Shown in pieces: positions 13,151 to 26,536 of a stretch of 64,000 nt of DNA. The notes beneath the pieces were generated by a model. That model saw only the letters and a list, made by a program, of their open reading frames with translations. It ran no database searches and was not told where the DNA came from. Source of the DNA: Eledone cirrhosa (taxonomy: Eukaryota); the NCBI GenBank assembly GCA_964016885.1, contig OZ024762.1, positions 12,090,001-12,154,000 on the forward strand, given 5' to 3'. How positions within the stretch are numbered: position 1 is the first letter of the stretch; each line of letters starts with the position of its first letter. Both the position numbers and the translations under genes were made by a program.

Positions 13151-13699
13151 TATATATATATCTATATATACAGATCTAAACATATACACACACAGGCACA
13201 CATGAACACACACTCACATATATAGAGATCTGAACATATAGTGTCAGTGTAACTCATCTTTTCCAGCTGAGTGGACTGGAGCAATGTGAAATAAAGTGTC
13301 TTGCTTAAGGTCACAATGTACTGCCTTGTCTGGGAATCAAACTCCTGACTCTACACTTCTAATGTACATTATACCTGATCACTTCCATCTCTGAGTCTTC
13401 AACTGCTATTTTGTTATGATTATTGGAAATTGGCAGTATCAGTAGAGGGTCGGACGCCATGCTTTGACGCATAGAGTTACGGCCCTTTCCATTCTGAGTT
13501 CAAATCCCGCCGAGGTTAACTTTGCCGTTCATCCTTACGGGGTCGATAAAATAAAGTACCAGTAATGCACTGGGTAATTGCTGGCCTTGTGCCAAACGTA
13601 GAAACAATTATTGGAAAACCAGGCCATCTTTGTGAGATCTTCAACACTTTGTCCTGTGTTTTCATAAGTTCCATCAAATACAAGCACTCCACATGTTTA

Positions 13700-14270
13700 T
13701 AAACCCGACATCCTCCATGGCCACATGTTTATACACCTGACATCCTCCATGGCCACATGTTTCTTTATACACCAGACATCCATGGTCACATGTCTCTCCA
13801 CACACCTGACATCTCCATGGCCACATGTCTCTCTACACCAGACATCCTCCATGGCCACATGTCTCCATACACCTGACATCCTTCATATCCACATGTCTCT
13901 CCATACATCTGACATCCTCCATGCCCACATGTCTCTATACACCTGACATCCTCCATGGCCACATGTTTATACACCAGGCATCCTTCATGGCCACATGTCT
14001 TTCCATACACCTGACATCTCCATGGCCACATGTCTCTCCATACATCTGACATCCTCCATGGCCACATGTTTCTATATACACCTGACATCCTCCATGGCCA
14101 CATGTCTCTATACACCTGACATCCTCCATGGCCACATCTTTATACACCAGACATCCTTCATGGCCACACGTCTCTATATACACCTGACATCCTTGATGGC
14201 CACATGTCTCTCCATACATCTGATATCCTCCATGGCCACATGCTTATACACCTGACATCCCCCACATGTG
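13700..14270. repeat. ~34-bp minisatellite (acacctgacatcctccatggccacatgtctctat)
   Basis: About 16 imperfect tandem copies. Confidence 0.9.
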
Positions 14271-14364
14271 TAAATATCTTTAATTCAGTATTGTGCCAAC
14301 TCTTACCTATGATCGTGAATCCAATCGGCCGAAACAGGGTTCCTCTGAAGGGTCTTTGGAGAAA

Positions 14365-15215
14365 CGTTCCATAGAGTGTGTAGCTCGGAGATCAGAGAGT
14401 CACTCCAGGTAGAGCTGCTACTTCTCCGAATTGAGAGACCACAGCTTCGATACTTTGGACATGTGGTTAGAATATCTCAGGAAAGAATCGCTGGACAAAT
14501 TTGTACCCCAGAGATCAGAGAGTCACTCCAGGTAGAGCAGCTACTACTCTGAATTGAGAGATCACAGCTCTGATACTATGGACATGTGGTTAGAATGTCT
14601 CAGGAAAGAATCGCTGGACAAATTTGTACCCCAGAGATCAGAGAGTCACTCCAGGTAGAGCAGCTACTACTCTGAATTGAGAGATCACAGCTCTGATACT
14701 ATGGACATGTGGTTAGAATGTCTCAGGAAAGAATCGCTGGACAAATTTGTACCCCAGAGATCAGAGAGTCACTCCAGGTAGAGCAGCTACTACTCTGAAT
14801 TGAGAGATCACAGCTCTGATACTATGGACATGTGGTTAGAATGTCTCAGGAAAGAATCGCTGGACAAATTTGTACCCCAGAGATCAGAGATCAGAGAGTC
14901 ACTCCAGGTAGAGCAGCTACTATTCTGAATTGAGAGATCACAGCTCCAATATTATGGACATGTGGTTAGAATGTCTCAGGAAAGAATCGCTGGACAGATT
15001 TTATGGGCAAGACCAACTGGCAGGAGACCCAGGGGTAGATCCTGAGCAAGATGTTTGGATAACATCCATGAGCTTGGCTGGTCACACTTGGGGATCCAGC
15101 TGGATCAGTTGAAGATGGTTGCTTCTGACAGGACCTGTTGGAGGGAGTTTGAGGTCTCTGACCCTACCAGGATCTTCTCAGGAATAATTTGGAGAAGAAG
15201 AAAAAGATGGATGTA
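14365..15215 (+). mobile_element. Expander/Rex3-like RTE LINE 3' fragment with internal 123-bp tandem array
   Basis: Encodes IERSQL.YYGHVVRMSQERIAGQILWARPTGRRPRGR...DNIHELGWSHLGIQLDQL and has a GAAGAA-type tail. About 5 copies of a 123-bp unit. Confidence 0.85.
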
Positions 15216-15611
15216 TTATATTGAGGGAATTACTAAGGGGTTATATAACTGTTATTGATTAGTCAATGTATCAATATCTTGGTTGATTTTCATGTTTGAA
15301 ATGATTGTAAAACAATGGATTGATTCAAGAATTAAACCTTGTCTTACTTAGTTTCAGTGGTCAATTTTGTATATATGTTGAGTGTGTGTGTGTGTGTGTA
15401 TTATATATGTGTGTGTGTATGTATTATATGTGTGTATGTGTGTGTATGTATTATGTGTGTACATGTACACACACATATATTTGTGCATGCATGTTTTTAT
15501 ACATATATATGTGTGTGTTTGTGTGCATGTACATACATGTGTATAAATATTTTGTCATGTATATATATATATATATATTTACACACACATGTGTGTAAAT
15601 ATTTTATCATG

Positions 15612-15645
<34 letters not shown>

Positions 15646-15779
15646 TACATACATATACACATATATGTATATATATATACACACACATGATAAAAAAAAT
15701 TGATCTCACCTTCTTTTAATAGAATGTTATCTATTTGGTGTCTTTCTGTTCTGTGGTTCTCTAGTGAGGTTTCCATGGT

Positions 15780-15820
<41 letters not shown>

Positions 15821-15892
15821 TGTGGTAGATAATGAGAGAGGGAGAGACAGTGAGGGAGATAGATAGAGTGAGAGAGAGAGAAATATATATGG

Positions 15893-15928
<36 letters not shown>

Positions 15929-16069
15929 TAGTGGTGGCAGGTGAAGCTAGTAGGTGAGGTGAGGTGAGAGAGGTGCTGCTGCTGTGTCTTCTTCACACAC
16001 TGTGAACACTATAAGGCATGATTGACCAGGAGACGAGAAGATAGGAACTACTGAGGTATGGGGAATGGA

Positions 16070-16560
16070 TGGACCTGGAGAAGTGGTGGTGGTGGTGGAC
16101 CTGGAGAAGTGGTGGTGGTGGACCTGGAGAAGTGGTGGTGGTGGTGGTGGTGGTGGTGGACCTGGAGAAGTGGTGGTGGTGGTGGTGGTGGTGGTGGACC
16201 TGGAGAAGTGGTGGTGGTGGACCTGGAGAAGTGGTGGTGGTGGTGGTGGTGGTGGTGGTGGACCTGGAGAAGTGGTGGTGGTGGTGGTGGTGGTGGTGGT
16301 GGACCTGGAGAAGTGGTGGTGGCGGTGGTGGTGGTGGTAGTGGTGGTGGACCTGGAGAAGTGGTGGTGGTGGTGGTGGTGGCGGTGGCGGCGGCGGCGGT
16401 GGTGGTGTTGGTGGTGGACCTGGAGAAGTGGTGGTGGTGGTGGTGGTGGCGGTGGTGGACCTGGAGAAGTGGTGGTGGTGTTGGTAGTGGTGGTGGTGGT
16501 GGTGGCAGTGGTGGTGGACCTGGAGTAGTGGTGGTGGACCTGGAGAAGTGGTGGTGGTGG
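16070..16560. repeat. Compound repeat GGACCTGGAGAA + (GTG)n
   Basis: A constant 12-mer separated by variable-length GGT tracts. Confidence 0.9.
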
Positions 16561-17162
16561 TGGGAGTGGGGTAGTGGTGGTGATGGTGATTGTTGTGGTG
16601 GTGGTGGCAATGGTAGTTGTGCTGGTGTTGGTGGCTGGTGGCATATGTCCTTTTGTATATGAAGCAGTGCTGCTGATGATGATGGTGATGATGATGACCA
16701 TGGGGTCAGTGTAAGACAGTTTGGATTGAAGAGTGATGGTGATGGTGGTAATGATGGTGGTGGTGGTCGTGATGGTGGTAATGATAGTAATGATGGTGAT
16801 GGTGGTGGCGGTGGTGATGGTGGTTATGATGGTGATGGCGGTGGTGATGGTGATGGTTATGTTGGTGATAATGATGGTGATAATGATGGTTGTGGTGGTT
16901 ATGTTGTTGGTGGTGGTGGTGGTAGTCCTAGCATATGTCCTTTTCTCTATGAAGCAATGGTGGTGGAGATGATGGAAGCAACAGGGAATCGCAGTCAACT
17001 CTGCAACATAACATTATATATATGCACACTCACATGTGAGCATGCACCCCCCCCTCTCCCTCTCTTCCCCCTATCACTCTCTCTCACACACATACATACA
17101 TATATGGATAGCTGTCTTCTTGCTAAACCTTATCATTCTCCATTTACCTATCCATCTACCTA

Positions 17163-17905
17163 TCTAAAATCTGCGGCATGTCTTTGTATTGTCCCCTTTT
17201 CTTGTGCGCCCTTGTAGCAAATAAAGAAATCTATCTATCTATCTATCTATCAAGGAAGAGATTCTTTTTTTTCAAATACCACTTTGGAAGAAGAATCAGG
17301 GTGGAGAGAGAGGTGCTGTACCCCAGCAAGTTTTATGAAAGGTGGGTGAAAGTGGCGAGAATGGCTCGAGTGAATGGGCCTTCTCTCTATATCAGTCTGT
17401 AGGTTGAGGAAAAAGAGGAGGAGAGGAAAGGAGCACAAACTCTTTGTACTCCTGGGTTGCACATTTTTTTTCGGGGGTATGTGTTACCCTTATGTAATGT
17501 CTCCCCCTATTGGGGAAAATCGACTAATTTTTAAATTGGATTTGTGATAATATTTTACACGTTTTTATTGTATATAAACTTCCCCCTTTGTATTTGTCCC
17601 CTTCTTTTGTGCCCCTGTGGCTAATAAAGAAACATATCTATCAAGGAAGAGAGCAAAAGGAAGAAAGGAGCACTTGCACAACACGCTCATGGAGTTGAGG
17701 GTTGTTCTATCGACGGGGTATTAAACAACCCATTTGTGGCGCCTCCCCCCTATTGGGGATTTCGATTGTTGTAATTGTTTGTTTTTATATTTTTTACACG
17801 ACTGTATGTAAAATCCCCGGCATGTCTTTGTATTGTCCCCTTTTCTTGTGCGCCCTTGTGGCTAATAAAGAAATATATCTATCTTTCTATCTATCTATCT
17901 ATCTA
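17163..17905 (+). mobile_element. Three tandem Tx1/L1-like LINE 3' ends in (TCTA)n
   Basis: FFKYHFGRRIRVEREVLYPSKFYERWVKVARM resembles a Tx1-type ORF2 C-terminus. Each unit ends in aataaagaaa followed by tatcta/tctatcta repeats. Confidence 0.65.
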
Positions 17906-18036
17906 TCCTTAATTTACATCACTCCCTCTCCTCCACCAAACACATATATATATGCACACACACACGTGTGTGTATATATAATTATATATGTGTGTGTGTG
18001 TGTGTGTATATGTATGTGTGTATATATACACATGTA

Positions 18037-18071
<35 letters not shown>

Positions 18072-18259
18072 GTGTATGTATATATGTGTGTGTGTGTGTA
18101 TGCACATTACACACATACACAAATATAAATGTACATTTATATCTAGATACATAATTTATATATATACATATATACATCTATGTATATATACACATATACA
18201 TATATATATACATATAGATGTACATATATACACATATATATATCAGTCACCAATAATAT

Positions 18260-18327
<68 letters not shown>

Positions 18328-18360
18328 TATATATCAGTCACCAATAATATACAACATTTC

Positions 18361-18394
<34 letters not shown>

Positions 18395-19744
18395 GATGTG
18401 TGTATTAAATCGATAATATATCTAAACTATATATATATCTTATTGGTTAAACATTTTCACTTCTTTTGTCTGCAAGCAAGATGGAAACAACAAAACACAC
18501 AGACATGCATACACACACATACACAGGCACACACAGACACATGCATACACACATGCACACACACATACACATGCATACACACATACACATACGCAGACAC
18601 ATACACACACAACATTTAGATGTCAACTTGATGTGCTCCTGTTGTTGAGAGATGGCAGGTGGTGTGGTGGTGGTGGTGGTGTTGGTGGTGGTGGTTGTAG
18701 TGATGGTGGTGGTGGTGGTGGTAGTAATGGTGGTGGTGGTGGTGGTGGTAGTGGTAGTGGTATGTTGTTGTTGGTGGTGGTGATATGTTGTTGGTGTTGT
18801 AGTGGTGGTGGTTGCGATGATGGTATTGTAGGTGGTGGTAGTGTAGGTGATTATAGTGGTGGTGTAGATGGTAGTAGTAGTGGTGGTGTTGGTGGTGGTG
18901 GGAGGGTTAAATTAAGGTGATACTGGGGAAAGGATCTCAGATCTTATTTAAGACTCCTTGTCAAATGTCTTCCACTCATAGCTACCATTGCTATCATTTA
19001 TCTGTCATTAGTGTCACCACCACCATCACCATCATAGCCATTACCACTATCACCACCACCAACACCACACCTCCATCACCACACCTCCACCACCACCACC
19101 ATCACCATCATAGCCATTACCACTATCACTACCACCAACACCACACCTCCACCACCACCACCATCACAGCCATTACCACTATCACTACCACCAACACCAC
19201 ACCTCCACCACCACCACCATCACCATCATAGCCATTACCACTATCACCACCACCAACACCACACCTCCATCACCACACCTCCACCACCATCACCATCACT
19301 GCCATTACCACTATCACTACCACCAACACCACACCTCCACCACCACCACCATCACAGCCATTACCACTATCACCACCACCAACACCACACCTCCACCACC
19401 TCTACCATTACCACTGCCATCACTACCATGACCATTACCACTATCACCATTACCACCATCATCATTATTGCTATCACCATCATTGCTCTTACTAGCACCA
19501 ACACCACCACCACCACCACCACCACCACCACCACCACAAATCTTAGAGAAGAGGAAATTTGAAGACAAAATAAAAAAGAAAAAAATAGCTTTTTTTTTTT
19601 TGTGTAGAAAAAACAAAAACATAACTGAATCAATAAATAAAAAAAATTTTCAGTCCTTCCTAGTTTTTCATTGCAAGTGGCTTTATATTTTAATTTATGG
19701 TATTTTGAAATACTGGACAGAAATACCTGCATAACGGAGGGGAG

Positions 19745-21000
19745 TGAGTAGCTTAGAGATGAGAGACTCATACCAGGTAGAGCTGGTATTTCACTGAACT
19801 GAGAGATCACAGCTCTGATACTATGGACATGTGGTTAAAATGTCTAAGGAAAAACCCTCTGAATTGAGAGATCACAGCTCTGATACTATGGGCATGTGGT
19901 TAGAATGTCTCAGGAAAGAATCACTGGACAGATTTGTAGCTCAGAGATTAGAGAGTCACTCCAGTTAGAGCCACTACTTCTCCGAATTGAGAAAAGAAAG
20001 CTCTGATACTATGGACATGTGGTTAGAATGTCTGAGGAAAGAATCTTTGGATTGAGAGATCACAGCTCCGATACTACAGACATGTGGTTAGAATGTCTCA
20101 GGAAAGAATCTCTGAATTAAGGGATCTCAGCTCTGATACTACAGACATGTGCTTAGAATGTCTCAGGAAAGAATCTCTGAATTGAGAGACCACAGATCTG
20201 ATACTATAGACATGTGGTTAGAATGTCTCAGGAAAGAATCTCTGAATTAAGGGATCTCAGCTCTGATACTACAGACATGTGCTTAGAATGTCTCAGGAAA
20301 GAATCTCTGAATTGAGAGATTACAGCTCTGATACTACAGACATGTGGTTAGAATGACTCAGGAAAGAATCTCTGAATTGAGAGATCACAGCTCTGATACT
20401 ACAGACATGTGGTTAGAATGACTCAGGAAAGAATCTCTGAATTAAGAGATCTCAGCTCTGATACTACAGACATGTGGTTAGAATGTCTCAGGAAAGAATC
20501 TCTGAATTGAGAGATCACAGCTCTGATACTACAGACATGTGGTTAGAATGTCTCAGGAAAAAATCTCTGAATTAAGAGATCTCAGCTCTGATACTACAGA
20601 CATGTGGTTAGAATGACTCAGGAAAGAATCTCTGAATTAAGAGATCTCAGCTCTGATACTACAGACATGTGGTTAGAATGACTCAGGAAAGAATCTCTGA
20701 ATTGAGAGATTACAGCTCTGATACTACAGACATGTGGTTAGAATGACTCAGGAAAGAATCTCTGAATTGAGAGATCACAGCTCTGATACTACAGACATGT
20801 GGTTAGAATGTCTCAGGAAAGAATCACTGTCAGATTTTACATGCAAAAACCAACTGGCAGGAGACCCAGGGGTAGGCCCCGAGTAAAGATGGTTGGATAA
20901 CATCCATGAGCTTGGTTGGTCTTACTTGGGGATACAGCCGGATCAGTTGGAGAAGGTTGCTTCTAAGAGGATCTTCTTGAGGAAGTATTTGAGGACTCTG
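19745..21000 (+). mobile_element. Expander/Rex3-like LINE fragment with 65-bp tandem array
   Basis: Same family as 14365-15215. The unit gaattgagagatcacagctctgatactacagacatgtggttagaatgtctcaggaaagaatctct is repeated about 12 times. Confidence 0.85.
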
Positions 21001-21036
21001 AACCAATCTAACACCCTTATCTGCCCTTATATATAA

Positions 21037-21877
21037 CGGTGGATTGGCAGTATCAGTAGAGGGTCGGACGCCATGCTTTCCAGCATAGAGTTACGTCCCT
21101 TCACGATCTGAGTTCAAATCTCGCCGAGGTTGACTTTGCCTTTCATCCTTACGGGGTCGATAAAATAAAGTACCAGTAATGCACTGGGGTAATTGCTGGC
21201 CTTGTGCCTAAAGTAGAAACAATTATATTAATAGAATATAATAATCGTTTCTACTTTTGGCACAAGGCCAGCAATTTTTCCAGTGTATTACTGGTACTTT
21301 ATATTTTATCGACACTGTAAGGATGAAAGGCAAAGTTAACCTTTGAACTCAGAACGTAAAGGGCCGTAACTCTATACTGCATAACATGGCGTCCGACAGT
21401 ATAGAGTTATGGCCTTTTACGTTCTGAGTTCAAATCCCGTCGAGGCTAACTTTGCCTTTCATCCTTACAGGGTTGATACAAAAAGTACCAGTAATAATAA
21501 TAATAATTGTTTCTACTTTTGGCACAAGGCCAGCAAAAACCCAGAGTATTACTGGTACTTTATTTTATCGACCTCGTAAGGTTGAAAGGCAAAGTTCACC
21601 TCCAAATAATAATATTAATATTAATAATAATTGATACATCTGCTTTGCATACTGGCATGGGTTGGACATGTAGTAATTATTATGATGATAATTGTTTCTA
21701 CTTTAGGCACAAGGCCAGCAAATACCCAGTTCATTACTGGTACTTTATTTTATCGACCCCGTAAGGATGAAAGGCAAAGTCAACTTCGGCGGGATTTGAA
21801 CTCAGATCGTAAAGTGACGTAACTATGCTGGAAAGCATGGCGTCCGTCCCTCTTCCGATACTGCCAATCCACCGCCC
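21037..21877. mobile_element. Cluster of five SINE family B copies/fragments in mixed orientation
   Basis: ggattggcagtatc...gagttcaaatc (A/B boxes), gcctttcatccttacggggtcgataaaataaagtaccag (resembles the Meta/Sauria-type SINE central domain), and an (ATT)n tail. Confidence 0.8.
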
Positions 21878-22387
21878 TTATTATGATGATAATAAAATTA
21901 ATAATAAGTAATGATAATGATTAATATTTGATTACTCATAATCAACGAACAGAAGGCTAGTATATCGCGCGTGTGTGTCTGTATATAGTGGTATATTGTC
22001 ATTGTTTATTATCGTTTTTTCTGTAATTAGGATTAATTACGTTCATTGGTATATGGACAGAGCTTGCTATGAATTTTAGAGTGAAGCCACTTCTACTGGG
22101 GTCTGTTGTGTGGTGTTGTGTTGTGTTGTGGTGTGGGGTGGTGTTGTGTTGTGTTGTGGTGTGGTGTTGTGGTGTGTTGTGTTGTGTGGTGTTGTGGTGT
22201 GGTGTTGTGTGGTGTTGTGTGGTGTAGTGTTGTGGTGTTGTGGTGTGGTGTGGTGTTGTGGTGTGATGTGGTGTTGTGTGGTGTGGTGTTGTGGTGTGGT
22301 GTGGTGTGGTGTGGTGTAGTGTGGTGTTGTGGTGTGTTGTGGTGTTGTGTTGTGTTGTGGTATGGTGTTGTGGTGTGGTGTGTGGTG

Positions 22388-22586
22388 TAGTGGCACCTCC
22401 ACGACCACTTTGCTGTGGAATGATAGAGACCCCAGTCCCTATCATCTCATTTCTACAGCTGAGTAAACTGGAGCAATGTGAAATAAAGTGTCTTGCTCAA
22501 GGAAACAACACATCACCCGGTCTGAGAATTGAACTTACAACCTTTCGATTACAAGGCCAATACTCTAACCACTAAGCCATGTGCCT
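22388..22586 (-). mobile_element. SINE family A, 5' half
   Basis: Near-identical to 6940-7136. Confidence 0.8.
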
Positions 22587-22725
22587 ATATATATATATAC
22601 ACCTCAACACAGAAATGAACCTAAACATCGAGTGCTCACCCGGGTGAACCTGCAGTAACTCCAAGTTACACTCCCTAGATATATATATATATAGCCGTTA
22701 AATGATGATGATGATGATGATGATG

Positions 22726-22763
<38 letters not shown>

Positions 22764-23058
22764 ATAAATATATATATATATATATGAGTGTGTATATATA
22801 CATATATATATGTCCACACTTGACCTATTTTCCTTCAGTTCCAGGTCAGTAGTTCATTTCTTTGCAATAAAACTCCAACCAATTAATATTTAACCAATAA
22901 AACACAGGATGAACGTCTCAACATCCTCATTGGTTCTTCTTCTTTTTCTTCTTCTTCTCCTTCTTCTTCTTCCTCTTCTTCTTCTTCTTCTCATTCTTCT
23001 TCTCATTCGTCTTCTTATTTGTCTTCTCATTCTTCTTCTTCTTTTTCTTCTTCTTCTC

Positions 23059-23089
<31 letters not shown>

Positions 23090-23379
23090 TTCTTCTCATT
23101 CGTCTTCTTATTTGTCTTCTCATTCTTCTTCTTCTTTTTCTTCTTCTTCTCATTCGTCTTCTTCTTCTTCTTCTTCTTCTTCTCCCACCAAACCTATCCC
23201 CTGGAAATGTTCAATGTAAAGATAGAGGGTGTGTGTTTGAGTGTGTGTGTGTGTGGAGTAGTATGGTGTAGGGGGTGTAGGAGTGAGGGGTGGGGTCCTA
23301 GATACTTGAGGAGGGAGAAATAAAAATCAATCGCTGGTAATTAATGCCCAATGCTGAGTGATTAATATTCTAAACATAC

Positions 23380-23420
23380 TTTAAGTATTTTTAAACTGAG
23401 GCCATCTTGTAGGAGAATTC
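23380..23420 (-). other. Candidate 41-nt internal exon of an unidentified minus-strand transcript
   Basis: Acceptor tctttccatctccctgatcag| and donor AAA|GTATGT. The only open frame is (G)ILLQDGLSLKILK. Confidence 0.3.
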
Positions 23421-24044
23421 CTGATCAGGGAGATGGAAAGATGGCGTCGGTGGTGGTGGAGGGGAGGGGGTGCTGGGTGGGGTTAGGGGCTAGTGTGGTG
23501 ATGGTGGGGATGGTTGGGTGTGGTGGTAGTGGTGGGGTTGGAAGTTAATGGTAGGGTCTGGGATGGTTGGGTGTGGTGGTGGTGGTGTGGTTGGAAGTTT
23601 GGGGTATTGGTGAGGGTGATATTGGGGGGGAGGGTGTTAGATTGGGGTGGTGGTAATGGTGATAGGGGTGGGGTTTCGAGATTGGGATGGTTGGAGGTTG
23701 TGGTGAGGTGTAGTTGGAAGTTTGAGGTATTGGTGGGGATGATATTGAGGGAGGGGGTTAGAGATTGGGATGGTTGGAGTGGTGATGGTGGGGGTGGGTT
23801 AGAGAATGGGGTGGTGGTGGTGAGGTGGAACTGCATGGCAGGGGTGGTGGTGGTGGGGTGACACGAAGTGGAACTGCTGCATGGGCAGGGGTGGTGGGTG
23901 TATTGTACTTTAGTTGTTGGGGAAAGGAGCTATGTTGATCTAGAAATGGTGTGGTGTGGTGAAGTGAGGGGGTTGTGTGCAATACTGTACTTTAGTTGTG
24001 GGAGAGGGGCGTAGGGTGATGTTGAAATGGTGTGTGCGGTGAGG

Positions 24045-24502
24045 TGTTATCCAACCATTTTGCTCGAGGTCTACCCCTGTGTCTCCAGCCAGTTGGTTTT
24101 TCCCCCCTTAAAATCTGTCGAGTGATTCTTTCCTGAGATATTCTAACCACATGTCCATAGTATCAGAACTGTGATCTCTCAATTCAGAGAAATACTGGCT
24201 CTACCTGGAGTGACTCTCTGATCTCCTGAGACATTCTAACTACATGTCCATAGTATCAGAGCTGTGATCTCTCAATCCAGTGATTCTTTCCTGAGACATT
24301 CTAACTACATGTTCATAGTATCAGAGCTGTGATCTCTCAATCCAGTGATTCTTTCCTGAGACATTCTAACTACATGTCCATAGTATCAGAGCTGTGATCT
24401 CTCAATCCAGTGATTCTTTCCTGAGACATTCTAACTACATGTCCATAGTATCAGAGCTGTGGTCCTTCAATTCGGAGAAGCAGCGGTTCTACCTGGAGCG
24501 AC
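24045..24502 (-). mobile_element. Expander/Rex3-like LINE fragment with 65-bp tandem units
   Basis: Reverse complement of the same family. Confidence 0.8.
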
Positions 24503-24703
24503 CACATGGTTGATTTCAGATGATTCTTTCAAACCTGGATAACAAGTACATCTGGTATTGCTACAACATTTCTTCACAACACTTCACTTCAGTTTCAAAG
24601 TAACATTAGATAATATCATGTCCAATATTGAAATAATATTTCATTAAATCATTTCACCCCAGTTTCAAAGAGACAGTGGATAATGTTATGACTGGTCTTG
24701 AAA

Positions 24704-24894
24704 TAATTGTTTTTACTTTTGGCACAAGGCCAGCAATTACCCAGTGCATTAATGGTACTATATTTTATCGACCCCGTAAGGATGAAAGGCAAAGTTAACC
24801 TCGGCGGGATTTGAACTCAGAATGGCAAGGGCCGTAACTCTATGCGTAAAAGCATGGCGTCCGACTCTCTACCGATACTGCCAATCCACCGCCA
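24704..24894 (-). mobile_element. SINE family B, full length (other copies approx. 1253-1405, 2521-2631, 7394-7558, 13431-13612, 29850-30027, 31359-31540, 38047-38275, 48054-48238, 55761-56070, 60090-60420)
   Basis: Recurrent ~190-bp element with Pol III boxes, at least 15 copies or fragments in the window. Confidence 0.8.
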
Positions 24895-24970
24895 TCTTGA
24901 AATAATAGTTCTTCAAATTACTTCAAAGAAACATGAGATAATGCTATGTCCAGTATTGCAATAACATTCA

Positions 24971-25210
24971 TTAACCCTTTCATGACATTATTTCTAATGA
25001 AATACTCTCTATTTCATTTAATTAATGAATAATTTTGAGGGATTTACTAAAATTATTAATTACTTCATTACTAAGATAGTAACTTAATGTAAGGTTCTGA
25101 TATCAAATTATGTTGGAAGATTTTAATTTAAATTGGAAACCTTTAAAATGGGTGGTTTTATTTCATTGAACCAGAACCAGTTTTGACCAGGTTGGTAACT
25201 AAAGGGTTGA
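24971..25210. mobile_element. piggyBac-type MITE family D (others: 47090-47303, 42871-43068, 62835-63170 with nested family C)
   Basis: TTAACCCTTTCATGAC...GTAACTAAAGGGTT(A/G)A, recurrent AT-rich ~230-bp element. Confidence 0.75.
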
Positions 25211-25915
25211 TGAAAAAAAAAAATGAAATTGATAGCTCACCCGCTGGTAGGTTTAGCTGGCTTCTTTATGAGGTTGTATTTCATAGGAGGTTTCTAAGGT
25301 GTTTTAATAACGGGGGCCTCTGAACTATCATGTTTTGGTTGTTACAGCTTAATCCTCTGCTAGGTTTTGTTGGCCTCCTATCGGTTGCATGTCACAGGAG
25401 GTTCCTGGGGGTGTTTCAATGTTAGAATTAGATATAAGCTTGGTTTAAGCCCAACATTGTATATAGAAGTAAGTACTGATTCAGTTTTAACAGTCCCTGA
25501 GCAGTGGTGAGTAGTAGTAGAAGTGAAGAAGGCAGAGGAGGAGGGTTCCATGTGAAACAAGGCTCAAACTAGAAGGGTGCATTTTATCATGACACCAGCA
25601 CTACCACTTTACAGGGTGTATTGGGTGTATTTTATCATAGCACCAGCACTACCACTTTACAGAGTGTACTGGGTGCGTATTATTGTGGCACTAATAATAT
25701 TGCTTTACAGAGTGTACTGGGTGTATCATGTACTCATAATATTCAGTTCTCATGTTCTTATAAACAGTGCCGTACACTATTGAACTGTATTGATTGATAG
25801 CTGGCTTAATTTTCAATTGACCGTGTTTCCCTGTCTGTAAGAAAGTACAGACTGCTGCTGTTGGCAGATACAGATCACTGCACTGAGGTGGTAAACACAC
25901 ATCAATATATAAGAT

Positions 25916-26180
25916 CATCATCATCTTTATGTCCGATTTCCCACACTAGCATGGGTTGGACAGGTCTATCTCAGCACAACATCTCTCCAGCTCTTACATG
26001 AGTCTCAGTGATTTGAAGTCAGCTCTCATCACCTCCACCCCAGGGTTTTCTCAGTCTACCTCTACTACGACTTCCTTCCACTGGCATTTCCCGGCACTTC
26101 TTCACCCATTGGTCATCGTCCACACACATCACATGTCCGTACCAATGTAGTCATCTCCCCTGCACACCACCCCAGATTCC
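25916..26180 (-). mobile_element. Degenerate RTE LINE 3' fragment
   Basis: Homologous to 6263-6543 (acatgtccgtaccaa encodes WYGHV on the minus strand). Confidence 0.75.
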
Positions 26181-26186
26181 TATATA

Positions 26187-26499
26187 TCATCATCATCATC
26201 ATCATCATTTCATTTTACGTCCGCTTTTCCCTGCTTGCAAGGGTGGGACAGGAACTGATTCTGGCTTGATTTCTACAGCTGGATGCCCTTCCTAACACCA
26301 ACCTCATTTACAGTGAGTGCTGGGTGCTTTTTTTGCCGTGGCACCTCCACGACCACTTTGCAGTGGAATGATAGGGACCCCAGTCCCTATCATCTCATTT
26401 CTACAGCTGAGTAGACTGGAGCAATGTGAAATAAAGTGTCTTGCTCAAGGAGACGAGACATCACCCGGTCTGAGAATTGAACTCACAACCTTTCGATTG

Positions 26500-26502
<3 letters not shown>
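26187..26502 (-). mobile_element. SINE family A
   Basis: Near-identical to 6800-7100. Confidence 0.8.

Positions 26503-26534
<32 letters not shown>

Positions 26535-26536
<2 letters not shown>

Noticed and set aside
13620-13695. Host exon (GVLVFDGTYENTGQSVEDLTKMA)
   Set aside because: It lacks good splice sites and resembles the C-terminal tail of RTE-type ORFs. It is contiguous with a minisatellite.
16070-16560. Constant 12-mer with variable spacers; Pro/His/Thr-rich ORFs of up to 316 aa
   Set aside because: The spacers are only (GGT)n tracts. ORFs are open in many frames on both strands because the repeat lacks stop codons.
22530-22586. tRNA gene
   Set aside because: tRNA-like SINE head that continues into the SINE body and lacks a complete cloverleaf.
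25241-25568. Minus-strand coding exon ending at a GTGAGC donor
   Set aside because: Stop codons occur in all three frames within ~60 nt of the donor. It could only be non-coding or a very short first exon.
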